A stretch of DNA of 64,000 bases, taken from the sequence record NC_052659.1; one strand, 5' to 3'. This document shows positions 26,062 to 35,904 of the stretch, piece after piece. The first letter of the stretch is position 1, and each line of letters begins with the position of its first letter. The translations under genes and the position numbers were made by a program. The notes beneath the pieces were generated by a model. It saw nothing but the letters and a program-made list of their open reading frames with translations, ran no database searches and was not told where the DNA came from. This stretch comes from Escherichia phage nieznany.

Positions 26062-26998
26062 AAAATGGACTAAACTGAAAATTGATGCAAAACCTCACAG
26101 TGGTTGTGATTATCATCGTATTGTTATACCATTTAACAACAATAATCTTCAACCTAAGAAAGATGTTGTTGTGTTTAACCGTATTCACTCTAAAGGTGCA
26201 GAATATGTTTTGTCCCTGAAACGTCAAGGTGTTAAGATTGTTGTAGATTTAGATGATTTCTACCAACTTAATCCAGAACATTATTTAGCAAGTCTATACG
26301 AGTCAAACACCCATTCTATTGTAGCTATGGTTAAGCTTGCTGATGTGGTCATTGTGACTACGGAATACTTGGCATATAAGATCCGTCACTTAAATAGGAA
26401 TGTTGTTGTGATCCGAAATGCACTTCCTTTTGATAGCGGACAATTCACTTTGTCAAATGATCGTTCATCCGGTACCCCTGTCGTATGGGCTGGCGGTGCT
26501 AGTCACGAACCCGACTTACGACTAGTCTCTAATACTTTCGACGATGACCTTCTTACTATTGCGGGATATGAGGCATCACAGAGCATCACGGGACAAGAGT
26601 GGATTAAGATTCGCAGAAATTTACCAAATGCCAAATATAAAGCCGCTGTAAAAGATTTAGATAATTACATGAGTGTTTACGAGGGTCATGCTATTGCTAT
26701 AGCTCCTCTGGTAGATAACGATTTTAATAATTGTAAAAGTAATCTCAAAATCTTGGAAGCTGGGGCAAAAGGTATTCCAATTGTTTGTTCTAAGGTATTA
26801 CCTTATTTTAACCCTGTAGATGCTCGCGCTGTTGCTTACGCAGAGAATAAAGCAGAATGGCATTACGAAATTGTTAAGCTTCTTCGCAATCCGAACTATC
26901 GGGAAGATCGTGGCTTGTTCTTAGCGGAACATGTTCGAACACATTATAATCTGGCAGATGCAAACGAATTGCGACGCCAGGTTATTGAAAGTTTGTAG
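26051..26998 (+). CDS. glycosyltransferase-like protein, paralog 1
   Basis: Shares about 35-40% identity by eye with 27006-27950 (HRIVIPF/HRVVLPY, TPVVWAGG/TPLVWAGS, SNLKILEAGAKGIPIVCS/SNLKILEAGAKGLPLICS); C-terminal motif resembles the GT-B E..G.P motif; ATG 26051 with GAGGAGG SD. Confidence 0.4.
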   Translation: MSNKKWTKLKIDAKPHSGCDYHRIVIPFNNNNLQPKKDVVVFNRIHSKGAEYVLSLKRQGVKIVVDLDDFYQLNPEHYLASLYESNTHSIVAMVKLADVVIVTTEYLAYKIRHLNRNVVVIRNALPFDSGQFTLSNDRSSGTPVVWAGGASHEPDLRLVSNTFDDDLLTIAGYEASQSITGQEWIKIRRNLPNAKYKAAVKDLDNYMSVYEGHAIAIAPLVDNDFNNCKSNLKILEAGAKGIPIVCSKVLPYFNPVDARAVAYAENKAEWHYEIVKLLRNPNYREDRGLFLAEHVRTHYNLADANELRRQVIESL

Positions 26999-27005
26999 GT
27001 GAAGT

Positions 27006-27950
27006 ATGGGACAAATAATTCTTGACAATCGTAACGGAATCAATTATAGTGTCTGCGATTTCCATAGGGTAGTGCTGCCTTACTCAAGGCAGTTCTCTTC
27101 ACAACCTAAATACAACGTTTTCGTTTTTAACGGAGTGCCAACAAAAGGTAAAGAGGGCTTTTTAGCCCTTAAAAACCTGGGCTTTAAAATGGTTATGGAT
27201 TTGGATGACTCTTTAGTTATTCCAAAAGGACACATGTTAGAAGGTATTTTTGAATCAGGTATTCGTGAACATTTAAAATGGTTTTTAGAGCACAGTGATC
27301 TTGTTACAACTACGACACCTGCCTTGCAAGTTGAACTTTCACAATACAATGATAATGTGCACATAATCCCTAATGGACTTCCTTACGATGAAGGTCAATT
27401 TGTGTTGACCCGTGATCGCTACTCCAAAACTCCATTAGTCTGGGCTGGAAGTGAAACACATAAACAAGATTTGGCTATCTTGCCCGATTTTGGTAAAGAT
27501 CTTACAATATGTGGTTTTCGTAGGGATTCTGAAGTTTTAAGTAGTCGTGAATGGTCTTTAATCAGGGAAAATGTAGCACCAACTTGTGTTTATGAAGGTG
27601 TAAGACCATATGCCAACTACATGGAATCTTACGATGGTCATCAAATCAGTCTTGCACCATTGATCGATAACGTGTTTAATAATGCAAAAAGCAATCTTAA
27701 AATTCTTGAGGCAGGTGCTAAGGGTTTACCTTTAATCTGCTCTCCTCGTGAGAATTATCATACACAAGAGTTTAAAGATTTGTTATTCTTTGCTGAAACA
27801 CCTTCCGAGTGGAAAGATATTACGGAATACTTATTAAGTGCTCCCGATGTTTGCATGGAGAAAGGATTAGCATTAGCTAAGTATGTCAGGACTCATTATC
27901 ACATTGATGTGTTGAATGAGCGTCGTAGACTTTTATTTGAGGAGCTATAA
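27006..27950 (+). CDS. glycosyltransferase-like protein, paralog 2
   Basis: Tandem paralog of 26051-26998. Confidence 0.4.
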   Translation: MGQIILDNRNGINYSVCDFHRVVLPYSRQFSSQPKYNVFVFNGVPTKGKEGFLALKNLGFKMVMDLDDSLVIPKGHMLEGIFESGIREHLKWFLEHSDLVTTTTPALQVELSQYNDNVHIIPNGLPYDEGQFVLTRDRYSKTPLVWAGSETHKQDLAILPDFGKDLTICGFRRDSEVLSSREWSLIRENVAPTCVYEGVRPYANYMESYDGHQISLAPLIDNVFNNAKSNLKILEAGAKGLPLICSPRENYHTQEFKDLLFFAETPSEWKDITEYLLSAPDVCMEKGLALAKYVRTHYHIDVLNERRRLLFEEL

Positions 27951-28228
27951 TGATTAACACTTTTGATTTTGAATACACCACTCGTAACGGGAAAGCCTTG
28001 GTTGTGGAGGTGGATTACTATTATGAAGAACCTAATCCACTTTCTCGTGAAAGCGATTGGGATTACCACGGAGGGCTTTTAATTGACGGTATTCGTTTTT
28101 ATGAAGGATCTACAGAAGTTTTTGAAAAAGATTTAAATGTAACTGTAGCAGAAATTGCTTTCCAATTTAGAAAGCACATGGAAGAACTAGAAGCAGAATA
28201 TATGATGGAGACTAACGAACCATTTTAA
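27950..28228 (+). CDS. hypothetical acidic protein (92 aa)
   Basis: Coupled ORF. Confidence 0.45.
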   Translation: MINTFDFEYTTRNGKALVVEVDYYYEEPNPLSRESDWDYHGGLLIDGIRFYEGSTEVFEKDLNVTVAEIAFQFRKHMEELEAEYMMETNEPF

Positions 28229-28240
28229 CAGGAGAACAAA

Positions 28241-30019
28241 GTGTCGCACATTATAACTAAATATGGATTTGATGTTGATCTTAGCAAGGAAGGGCATACA
28301 GGTTGTCCGCGCTGCATGAAAAATGGCAAGGATCGCTCTCGTAATAACCTGATGGTTTATGGATTAGATTCTAATGGAGAGCATAAAGGTGCTAAGTGCT
28401 TTGCGTGTGAATACACTATTCCTAGCGTAGAATGGTTACGAGAAAATGGTGAAGTTTTAGAAGAAGAGGAGGAGATTGTGGGTTCGGAATTTAATAAACA
28501 GATTCATCGTAAAATTGTTCAAGAAACATCAACCAACCCACGTGGTTATCGAGGCATTAAAGAAAAAGTTTCATCTTTCTATGGTGTTCGTTATGAATAC
28601 CGTCAGGAAGGGGATCAGATGGTAGTAGAAAGTTGTTTATATCCAACTACTATCGGTAAAGAATTGGTTGGTTTTAAGCGTCGTATTCATCCTAAAGATT
28701 TCAGTAAACCTATTGGTCAAGTAGGTAAAGATGTAGATCTTTTTGGACAAATTCGTTTTGCAGACCGTTCTCATACTGTGGTAATTACAGGTGGTGAACA
28801 CGATGCTCTGGCAGCTTATCAAATGCTGTCTGAAAACTTGGACAACAAATATGAACTTCCAGCAGTAGTTAGTGGCACAACTGGTGAAACCAGTATGTAT
28901 AAACAAGTTCAGGCACAATACCCTTTCTTTGAAAAATTTAAGAAGATTATTGTTTGCATGGATAATGACAAAGCAGGTAATGAGGCATTTGAAAATATTG
29001 TTAAGGTGCTGCCTCGTAACAAAGTCTACCGTATGCAGATGGATCTTAAGGATGCCAATCAGTATCTGGAAGAAGGTCGTGCAAAAGATTTCGTAAAAGC
29101 TTTTTGGAGTGCTCGTCTATACACCCCAGCAGGTGTTTATGCTTCTAATGTCTTGTATGAAGCTGCATTAGAATGCTTGGAATCCAAGATGATTACCTTG
29201 CCTCCTTTTATGCGTGTTGCTGCAAATATGCTGGGTGGTGGTTTAGTAGAGGAAGAGATTACAGTCATCCTGGCAAAGACCAGTATCGGTAAAACTTTGA
29301 TGGTGAACGAGATCACCAAACATATTATTGTTGCGCACCCAGAACATACCCTAGGTATTCTGTCCTTGGAAGCAACTTATAAGAAATATTCTCGTAACCT
29401 GTTGTCCTCGTTCCTGCATATTCCTCTACACAGGAAAACACCGGAAGAGAAATTTCAAATCTTGGAAGAGAATAAAGAAAAAATCCTAGATTTTTACGAA
29501 AGAGAAGATGGATCACCACGTTTTTATGTGTGTGATGATCGTGGAGCAGATGTGGAGTCTATCAAAGAAAAAGTTTTGGAGATGATCATCTATTTTGGAG
29601 TAACAATTCTTGTTATCGACCCTTATTCTGATTTGCTTTCTGGTATGGATGTTCAAGCCCAGGAAGAGTTAGCAACATGGTTGAAGCGCATCATGAAAGA
29701 GTATGCTATAACTATTATCGTCATCTCACACGTTAAGAAATCGGCTAATGGTGGCAATGAACACTTAACAGAGGACGATGCAATGGGTAGTAGTTTCTTG
29801 GCTAAAGGTGCTGGTATTACCTTGGCTTTGGAACGAGATAAAGCCGCTGAAGACCCTGTAGAACGCAATACGACTCATTGCTTTATCCTAAAAAACCGTG
29901 AGTTCTCGGAAACTGGTCCGGCAGGGCAGTTTTACTATGACATTAGAACTGCAACTCTGCATGACAAAGAGCAGTATTTCAACAATCCTGCTAATTTGCC
30001 TACGGATAGCAACTACTAA
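28241..30019 (+). CDS. T7 gp4-like bifunctional DNA primase-helicase
   Basis: N-terminal Cys4 zinc ribbon (CPRC..CFAC), TOPRIM acidic motifs (VITGGEHD, CMDNDKAG), DnaB-like Walker A AKTSIGKT and Walker B LVIDPYSD; GTG start. Confidence 0.85.
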   Translation: MSHIITKYGFDVDLSKEGHTGCPRCMKNGKDRSRNNLMVYGLDSNGEHKGAKCFACEYTIPSVEWLRENGEVLEEEEEIVGSEFNKQIHRKIVQETSTNPRGYRGIKEKVSSFYGVRYEYRQEGDQMVVESCLYPTTIGKELVGFKRRIHPKDFSKPIGQVGKDVDLFGQIRFADRSHTVVITGGEHDALAAYQMLSENLDNKYELPAVVSGTTGETSMYKQVQAQYPFFEKFKKIIVCMDNDKAGNEAFENIVKVLPRNKVYRMQMDLKDANQYLEEGRAKDFVKAFWSARLYTPAGVYASNVLYEAALECLESKMITLPPFMRVAANMLGGGLVEEEITVILAKTSIGKTLMVNEITKHIIVAHPEHTLGILSLEATYKKYSRNLLSSFLHIPLHRKTPEEKFQILEENKEKILDFYEREDGSPRFYVCDDRGADVESIKEKVLEMIIYFGVTILVIDPYSDLLSGMDVQAQEELATWLKRIMKEYAITIIVISHVKKSANGGNEHLTEDDAMGSSFLAKGAGITLALERDKAAEDPVERNTTHCFILKNREFSETGPAGQFYYDIRTATLHDKEQYFNNPANLPTDSNY

Positions 30020-30038
30020 GGGCTTCGGCCCTTTTATT
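30018..30038 (+). terminator. rho-independent terminator
   Basis: AAGGGC-TTCG-GCCCTT stem-loop followed by TTTATT. Confidence 0.6.
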
Positions 30039-30049
30039 AAAAATACCTG

Positions 30050-30078
30050 TTGACAACTTTGCGGAAGGGACTTATACT
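30050..30078 (+). promoter_or_regulatory. sigma70-like promoter (TTGACA-17-TATACT)
   Basis: -35 30050-30055, -10 30073-30078; upstream of ATG 30112. Confidence 0.55.
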
Positions 30079-30111
30079 TGTCTCATCAACCAAACAAGAG
30101 GAGAAGTAAAA

Positions 30112-30543
30112 ATGCGTATGACAATCGATCTGAATGCAAAAGTTAAAGCTGCTGGTGCTCTGGGTGCTGGTGTTATTAAACACAAACAAGCGTTGGCATT
30201 TGCCATCCCACATATGATTGTTGAGGATCATCCTGAAGAGTTTGCTGTAAAAGTTGTTGAGAACAATGTCTCTGTTATTGAACATCTTCCAACTGGACGT
30301 TCTTACCGTGTTGTTTCTTCTAAAGGTTTCCGTTTCGATGTAAGCCCTTCTTTCACAAAAGGTGCTGGTCGTAGTAAAGTGGGTATTCTTTCTTACAAAT
30401 ATTATATCGATAAAGTTGCAGATGGTGTTGCATTCTGTCGTGTAAGTGAAGGTAAAGTAGATATCATCTTTAAAAATACCAAAAACATGGTTATTTCTGA
30501 CGATGGTAAAGTTGACCTCACTATTGAGTTCGCTAACAACTAA
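30112..30543 (+). CDS. hypothetical protein (143 aa), first gene of the polymerase operon
   Basis: Good SD; bracketed by terminator and strong promoter upstream. Confidence 0.5.
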   Translation: MRMTIDLNAKVKAAGALGAGVIKHKQALAFAIPHMIVEDHPEEFAVKVVENNVSVIEHLPTGRSYRVVSSKGFRFDVSPSFTKGAGRSKVGILSYKYYIDKVADGVAFCRVSEGKVDIIFKNTKNMVISDDGKVDLTIEFANN

Positions 30544-30552
30544 GGAGGACTA

Positions 30553-31347
30553 TTGAGCAAGTTGAACACACTTGATCAATATTACACTAACCCCGCTTAT
30601 GCGGGGTTCTTATGTGATAAGATCAAAGAAATTTTTGGAGAGGAAGCTAACTACGTAGAACCATCTGCGGGAGAAGGAGCTTTCTCTTCTTGTTTTAAAA
30701 ACATAACTTCTTTTGATATTGATCCTAAGTTTGAAGATTGTATTGAGGCAGATTTTTTAGCTCAATCTGTAGAGTCTGTTGGTAGTGTAACTGCTTTTGT
30801 CGGTAATCCTCCGTTTGGAAAAAATGCTAGTCTTGCCATTAAGTTCTTTAACCATTGTGCTGAAATGTTGGATAACGAAGGTGGTATTTGTTTTATCTTG
30901 CCTCGCACATTTCAAAAAATCTTTTTTGCACACAAACTAAATCCCCACATGCATCTTCTTTACGAAGAAGAATGTCCAAAAGGATCTTTTATTCTTCATG
31001 GAGAACCTTGGGATGTTCCTTGTGTATTCCAGATATGGACTAAACGCAACGAGAAGCGTTCTCCCGTTGTTTTAGGAGAAAATCGACTATTCGTATTAGG
31101 CAACAGTAAAGACTACGACATAGCCGTTAGGAGAGCGGGAGCAAGTGCAGGTAAAGTGTTATCAGAAGAAGATTCTTTATCTGAAGCATCTACCTATTTT
31201 TTAAAAGCCTTGACTTCTGATCTTAAAACGCGTATCATTGAGGCTTACCCGTTACTTAAAGCTGAAGCTAGTAAAACTGCGGGAGTAAGAAGTTTAAGTT
31301 TAAAAGAACTTCAGTGGGTTCTGGAGAACATTAGAAAGGAGGAATAG
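30553..31347 (+). CDS. DNA methyltransferase (amino-MTase, probably N6-adenine)
   Basis: DQYYTNPAYA (motif X-like), EPSAGEGAF (AdoMet motif I) and GNPPFG (catalytic motif IV); TTG start after AAGGAGGA. Confidence 0.65.
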   Translation: MSKLNTLDQYYTNPAYAGFLCDKIKEIFGEEANYVEPSAGEGAFSSCFKNITSFDIDPKFEDCIEADFLAQSVESVGSVTAFVGNPPFGKNASLAIKFFNHCAEMLDNEGGICFILPRTFQKIFFAHKLNPHMHLLYEEECPKGSFILHGEPWDVPCVFQIWTKRNEKRSPVVLGENRLFVLGNSKDYDIAVRRAGASAGKVLSEEDSLSEASTYFLKALTSDLKTRIIEAYPLLKAEASKTAGVRSLSLKELQWVLENIRKEE

Positions 31348-34300
31348 TGAGTAAGTTTACATGGGATATTGAAGCAAACGGATTGTTGAATAATGACACT
31401 ATTGATTATTTAGCTAGTCCTTATCGTCTCAAAGACACATTTCAAATGCACTGTATTGTCTTAGAGAACCATGAAACAGGAGAAATAGTAGCTTTCCACG
31501 ATGGCCCTAAATACATTTTTGATGGTCGTCCTTATGAAGAGTCAGATGATAAATATACATATGTTCTTAAAGAATATGTGGCGCAAGATTACACACATTT
31601 TCAACTAAAAGATTTCCCAGATTTTATTAATCATGAAGGTTATTTTAAAGACAAGCCTGAATATTTGGTTGAAATGGCTGTGGCACACAACGGTATCAAC
31701 TATGACTGGTTGGCTACAAAACTGTTTTATGGATTAGATTACAGTGTTAAATATAACACGTGGGGTAAAAGCAAGGTAAAACTTATTGACTCCTTAATTT
31801 TGAGTAAAGTGTTAAACCCAGATCGAAAGATTGAGGGCAAATCAGGACATAGTTTGGCAGCACTTTCTCGAAAGGCAGGTGGGGATGTAAAAATAGATTT
31901 CCGTAAAGAGATTCCAGAAGAAGATCGATTTAAGACTTTTGCTGCGGATATGCTTTATTACTGTATCTATGACAACAAAGCCAATACGAGCGTATATAAT
32001 TACCTTATGGAAGAGTGGGGTGATTATGATAAATGGGAAGGTCCATTTGAACTTGAACAACGTGTAGCAGACATTATTACACGCCAGGAACACCGTGGGT
32101 TTGCTTTTAACATGAAGCAAGCAGAAGAGAACCTTGCTTTTTTAGATGCAGAAATGGAGCGTCTTCGTTTACTCGTTGAGCCTATTTTGCCACCTAAACC
32201 AGCAACAAAAGGTTATCTTAAGGCTTTTATTCCACCTAAGTTGCAAATTAAAAAGAACTTAGAGCCAACTAACCATATGATCAATTTTGCTAAGAAACAT
32301 GATGGTCATTTGGAAGAGAGGGATGGAGATTGGTGGTTAGTGATGTTGGGGAAAGAGTGGAAACTGCCAGTTGCAGCAGATGAGCCTTTGTGTGATCCTA
32401 ATATCCCTGCAACATTGAACGATACAACCCATATTAAAAACTGGCTTGTAGGATTAGGTTGGGTACCATCGGAATATAAAGATAAAGATTTGACTCTTAA
32501 ATCTGGCACCAAGATTAAAAAGAGTGAGGAAGAACTTCAGAAAGGTATTCGAGCTTACGTTGAGCAAACTCTATCTTCTAATTTTTGTCAAGACCGTTGT
32601 GATCATCTGGAGTGCACACCGGAAACCTTGGAAAGGAAGATTCAAGAGCGTATAGCAAAAGGTAAAGGTCGAGGTCTTAAAGTATTGACTAACCCATGTT
32701 TTACCAAAGGTCAGGAAAAAGAAATCTGTCCTAACCTGCAAGCTTTGGGTGAGAAATTTCCTTATGCTACACAGATTGTAGAATACTTAACGTATAAACA
32801 CCGTAGGAACTCTATTTTAGGTGGTGGTGCCGATTGGGAAGAAGACGAAGAAGATCAAGAATACAACAAAGGTTTCTTGGCAGCAGTTCGTGCAGATGGA
32901 CGTATACCTACGCCAGCGGCTACATGCGATGCAGCAACCTCTCGTATGAAGCATAGGTCTGTAGCCAATATTCCTCGTGTTACCTCTTTGTTTGGATGGC
33001 AGATGCGTAACCTGTTTGGTGTAGAGGTTCCTAAATACTTCCAGATTGGTTATGACTTTGATTCATTAGAGGCGAAGATTGAGTCGCATTATACGTGGAG
33101 ATATGATAATCCTGATCATGCTTACTGTAATGCACTTCTGTTAGAAAAACCAAACGATGTGCATACTATGATGGCAAAACATATTACTGATATTATTGGA
33201 CGTAAGTTTGAACGTGGTCCTGCTAAGAGCGTTAAATACGGTTGTGTACCTGTAGATAATACGGAAGTGTTAACAAGAACGGGTTGGAAGAAACGTAAAG
33301 ATCTTTTTGTAGGGGATGAAGTTTTATCTTATAATACTCACACCGCTCTTTACGAATATACCCCTATTCTTAAGCTGTGGGACTATAACGATGCAGAAGT
33401 TGTCTCTCTCGGTAACAAGTGGTTCAAAGTAGAAGTTACTAACGATCATATGTGGATTAACGCACAGAGAAAAACTATGCGATCAGATGGTAACAATGTT
33501 AAGTATATGCAAGTGGAGCGTAGATCTACAGAGGATTTAAACTCGGAGTCAAACATAATTGCAGCAGGGCGATCTGGTGTGGTGTCTACTCTAACAGTGG
33601 AAGAAGGTCGTTTCTTAGGCTGGCTTCTTTCGGATGGCTACTATAAGTGGTCTGGCAAAGCCAGAAATAAAGTAATGGGTATTACAGTCACGGTAGATCA
33701 AGATGAGAAAAAATTCTTAGAAGAAGCACGTGAGGCTGTGGGAGATATCTTCACATTTGACGAGTATGTATCTGGAACGATGCATTCATTACGTCCTAAT
33801 AAGAGTCAGTTTAGGGAATTTTTGACTAAATGTGGCGTTGAAGTGGGTCAAAATAAGCACGAAGTGGACTGGTCTACATTAATTGCTAATCAAGGTCAAG
33901 CTGTGTTGGAAGCATTCTTAGAGGCATTCTGGATGGCAGATGGTCATAAGCGTCCAAACGGCAGTCTTGTTATCCGTCAAAAGAAAGGTAAGATTAGCGA
34001 CGCTGTTTCTTTGGCTATCAATATGACAGGTAATATTGCGTATGGTTCTGTTCAAAAAGATGGCATGTTAACGTTGGCAATCAATAACGGACAAACTATT
34101 TCAGGACAGAGGTTGACAAAAGCTTTTTCACGAGTAACAGATGTATTCTGTATCTCAACCAAGAATGAATCTTTTGTTATGCGTCAGAATGGTTTTATCA
34201 CGTTGACAGGTAACTGCACGTACGGCGCTCAAGCAGACAAGGTTGCTAAAACAATTGGTAGCGATAAATACACAGGGCAACTGGTGTTCGATGCTTTCTG

Positions 34301-34916
34301 GGAAGCTGCATTCCCACTGGCGCGTCTTAAAGAACGTTTAAACGATTTCTGGGTTAAGACTGGTAAACAGTATGTTTTGGGTATTGACGGTCGTAAGGTT
34401 CCTACTCGTTCTGCTCACGCGATTCTTAACTCTCTGTTCCAAAGTGGTGGGGTTATCTGTGCTAAACGTGCAATGGTTATTTATGACGACATGATCGAAG
34501 AAGAAGGGCTAAGTGTTGACTTCTTTAAAGATGACTGGAAGAATAAAGACTTCGTGCAACAAATGATTGCATATCACGATGAAGCCCAGCTTGAAGTTTC
34601 TCGTAACCTTGTAGAATTTAAATGGTTTTCACCTGAATCATTAGGTTGGAAGAAAGTAGACGATCCTGAAGAACAAAAGAAAATTGATAAAGAATGCCTT
34701 GCTAAAGTTGAAGAATGGAAGCATAATAAGGAAAAAGAGACAGGGCAAATTTGGGCTAACATTCATGAATCTCCCAAAGGTGGATGGTTTACAGCCTATA
34801 GTCGGGCAGGTGAACTTGCTGCTTTAGCTGTTACTAAGGCTGGAGAATTTTACAATCTTAATGTTCAGCTTACTGCCGGATATGATGTGGGTAACTCCTG
34901 GGCGAGCTGCCATTAG
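31347..34916 (+). CDS. family A DNA polymerase, T7 gp5-like, containing an intein
   Basis: N-terminal exo motif WDIEANGLL (T7 gp5: SDIEANALL), C-terminal ..GNSWASCH (T7: GPNWAICH), polymerase motifs throughout; 1189 aa because of a 324-aa insertion; GTG start. Confidence 0.9.
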   Translation: MSKFTWDIEANGLLNNDTIDYLASPYRLKDTFQMHCIVLENHETGEIVAFHDGPKYIFDGRPYEESDDKYTYVLKEYVAQDYTHFQLKDFPDFINHEGYFKDKPEYLVEMAVAHNGINYDWLATKLFYGLDYSVKYNTWGKSKVKLIDSLILSKVLNPDRKIEGKSGHSLAALSRKAGGDVKIDFRKEIPEEDRFKTFAADMLYYCIYDNKANTSVYNYLMEEWGDYDKWEGPFELEQRVADIITRQEHRGFAFNMKQAEENLAFLDAEMERLRLLVEPILPPKPATKGYLKAFIPPKLQIKKNLEPTNHMINFAKKHDGHLEERDGDWWLVMLGKEWKLPVAADEPLCDPNIPATLNDTTHIKNWLVGLGWVPSEYKDKDLTLKSGTKIKKSEEELQKGIRAYVEQTLSSNFCQDRCDHLECTPETLERKIQERIAKGKGRGLKVLTNPCFTKGQEKEICPNLQALGEKFPYATQIVEYLTYKHRRNSILGGGADWEEDEEDQEYNKGFLAAVRADGRIPTPAATCDAATSRMKHRSVANIPRVTSLFGWQMRNLFGVEVPKYFQIGYDFDSLEAKIESHYTWRYDNPDHAYCNALLLEKPNDVHTMMAKHITDIIGRKFERGPAKSVKYGCVPVDNTEVLTRTGWKKRKDLFVGDEVLSYNTHTALYEYTPILKLWDYNDAEVVSLGNKWFKVEVTNDHMWINAQRKTMRSDGNNVKYMQVERRSTEDLNSESNIIAAGRSGVVSTLTVEEGRFLGWLLSDGYYKWSGKARNKVMGITVTVDQDEKKFLEEAREAVGDIFTFDEYVSGTMHSLRPNKSQFREFLTKCGVEVGQNKHEVDWSTLIANQGQAVLEAFLEAFWMADGHKRPNGSLVIRQKKGKISDAVSLAINMTGNIAYGSVQKDGMLTLAINNGQTISGQRLTKAFSRVTDVFCISTKNESFVMRQNGFITLTGNCTYGAQADKVAKTIGSDKYTGQLVFDAFWEAAFPLARLKERLNDFWVKTGKQYVLGIDGRKVPTRSAHAILNSLFQSGGVICAKRAMVIYDDMIEEEGLSVDFFKDDWKNKDFVQQMIAYHDEAQLEVSRNLVEFKWFSPESLGWKKVDDPEEQKKIDKECLAKVEEWKHNKEKETGQIWANIHESPKGGWFTAYSRAGELAALAVTKAGEFYNLNVQLTAGYDVGNSWASCH
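33243..34214 (+). mobile_element. intein with LAGLIDADG homing endonuclease domain inside the DNA polymerase
   Basis: Insertion begins with Cys after ..KSVKYG, has block B TNDH, two LAGLIDADG-like motifs (FLGWLLSDGY, FLEAFWMADGHK), ends ..ITLTGN followed by Cys; removal restores a T7-like ..KYG|CTYGAQADK.. Confidence 0.75.
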
Positions 34917-34945
34917 TCTAACATGTTGTTTATTAAGGAGGTTTT

Positions 34946-35524
34946 ATGGTTTATGATCATGGTGTTTTTGATGGAGATATTACCGTAAGATCTCCTGAAG
35001 GAGTTATGCATCCTGCTTATATGAAATGGATGGCTATGTTGGGGAGGTGTTACTCCCCTTGCCAGCAGGTAAGAGATGTTGCCTACCACGGTGTTACGGT
35101 TTGTGATGATTGGAAGTTATTCTCTAACTTCTATTCTTGGTTACAAACTTGGGACAACTGGGAAAAATTAGAACTTGACAAGGATCTTATAGGAGGGGGC
35201 GTTTACTCCCCTGCTTCTTGCTTGATGATTTCTGGAAACCTTAATAAGTTCTTAGCTTATAGGAAGAAGACGGGGCAAATGGTAGGTTGTAATTACGAAA
35301 AGGATCGCAAGAAATATAAGGCCCATATAAAAGTAGACGGTCGTATTATAACACTCGGACGTTTTGATACTGAACTTGAGGCACATCTTTGTTGGTTGAA
35401 AGCTAAAGCAGAACAACTCACAAAGTTTTTTGAAATAGAAGACAAGAGAGTTGTTCCTTATCTTAAAGCATTGTATAATGAAATGCTTGAGCACGTAGAA
35501 CAACACAAAGAGTGGACACGATAG
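34946..35524 (+). CDS. free-standing homing endonuclease-like protein with AP2-type DNA-binding domain
   Basis: C-terminal YKAHIKVDGRIITLGRFDTELEAHLCW resembles AP2 domains; N-terminal W..M..RC..Y.GVTVC..W pattern recurs in phage homing endonuclease families. Confidence 0.4.
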   Translation: MVYDHGVFDGDITVRSPEGVMHPAYMKWMAMLGRCYSPCQQVRDVAYHGVTVCDDWKLFSNFYSWLQTWDNWEKLELDKDLIGGGVYSPASCLMISGNLNKFLAYRKKTGQMVGCNYEKDRKKYKAHIKVDGRIITLGRFDTELEAHLCWLKAKAEQLTKFFEIEDKRVVPYLKALYNEMLEHVEQHKEWTR

Positions 35525-35727
35525 GAGGAGATATGAGTTACGATTTAGATTACTTTGGACAGCCTTACCTGCCAGACGAATTCGCAGATGAGGCGGAGGG
35601 TCGTGAATGGGATGATGGGGATATCCGTTGTTGGTCTTGTGGTAAAGATATGTCCTATGAACAACATATGCACAATGATGGTTTCTGCATACATTGTTAT
35701 AATGAAATTGATCTGGAGGAAGATTAA
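35512..35727 (+). CDS. small zinc-ribbon protein (71 aa)
   Basis: CWSCG..CIHCY; AGGAGGAG SD. Confidence 0.4.
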   Translation: MDTIGGDMSYDLDYFGQPYLPDEFADEAEGREWDDGDIRCWSCGKDMSYEQHMHNDGFCIHCYNEIDLEED

Positions 35728-35894
35728 TGGGAAATGGTATCATGATTTGCTATAAAATTGTGCGTATTGTCGGAGACGAAGTTACCACTCGGTATTTTAT
35801 GATAGAGTCTCAAGCCGATGAGGTTTACAATGACTGGCTTGAAAAAGGTGGATACGATTTTGTATCTAAAGAAACTTTCCGTTTAGAAGTATAA
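35727..35894 (+). CDS. small hypothetical protein (55 aa)
   Basis: ATG overlaps upstream stop (TAATG); stop precedes the SD of the next gene; below ORF-track cut-off. Confidence 0.35.
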   Translation: MGNGIMICYKIVRIVGDEVTTRYFMIESQADEVYNDWLEKGGYDFVSKETFRLEV

Positions 35895-35904
35895 GGAGAA
35901 AACA

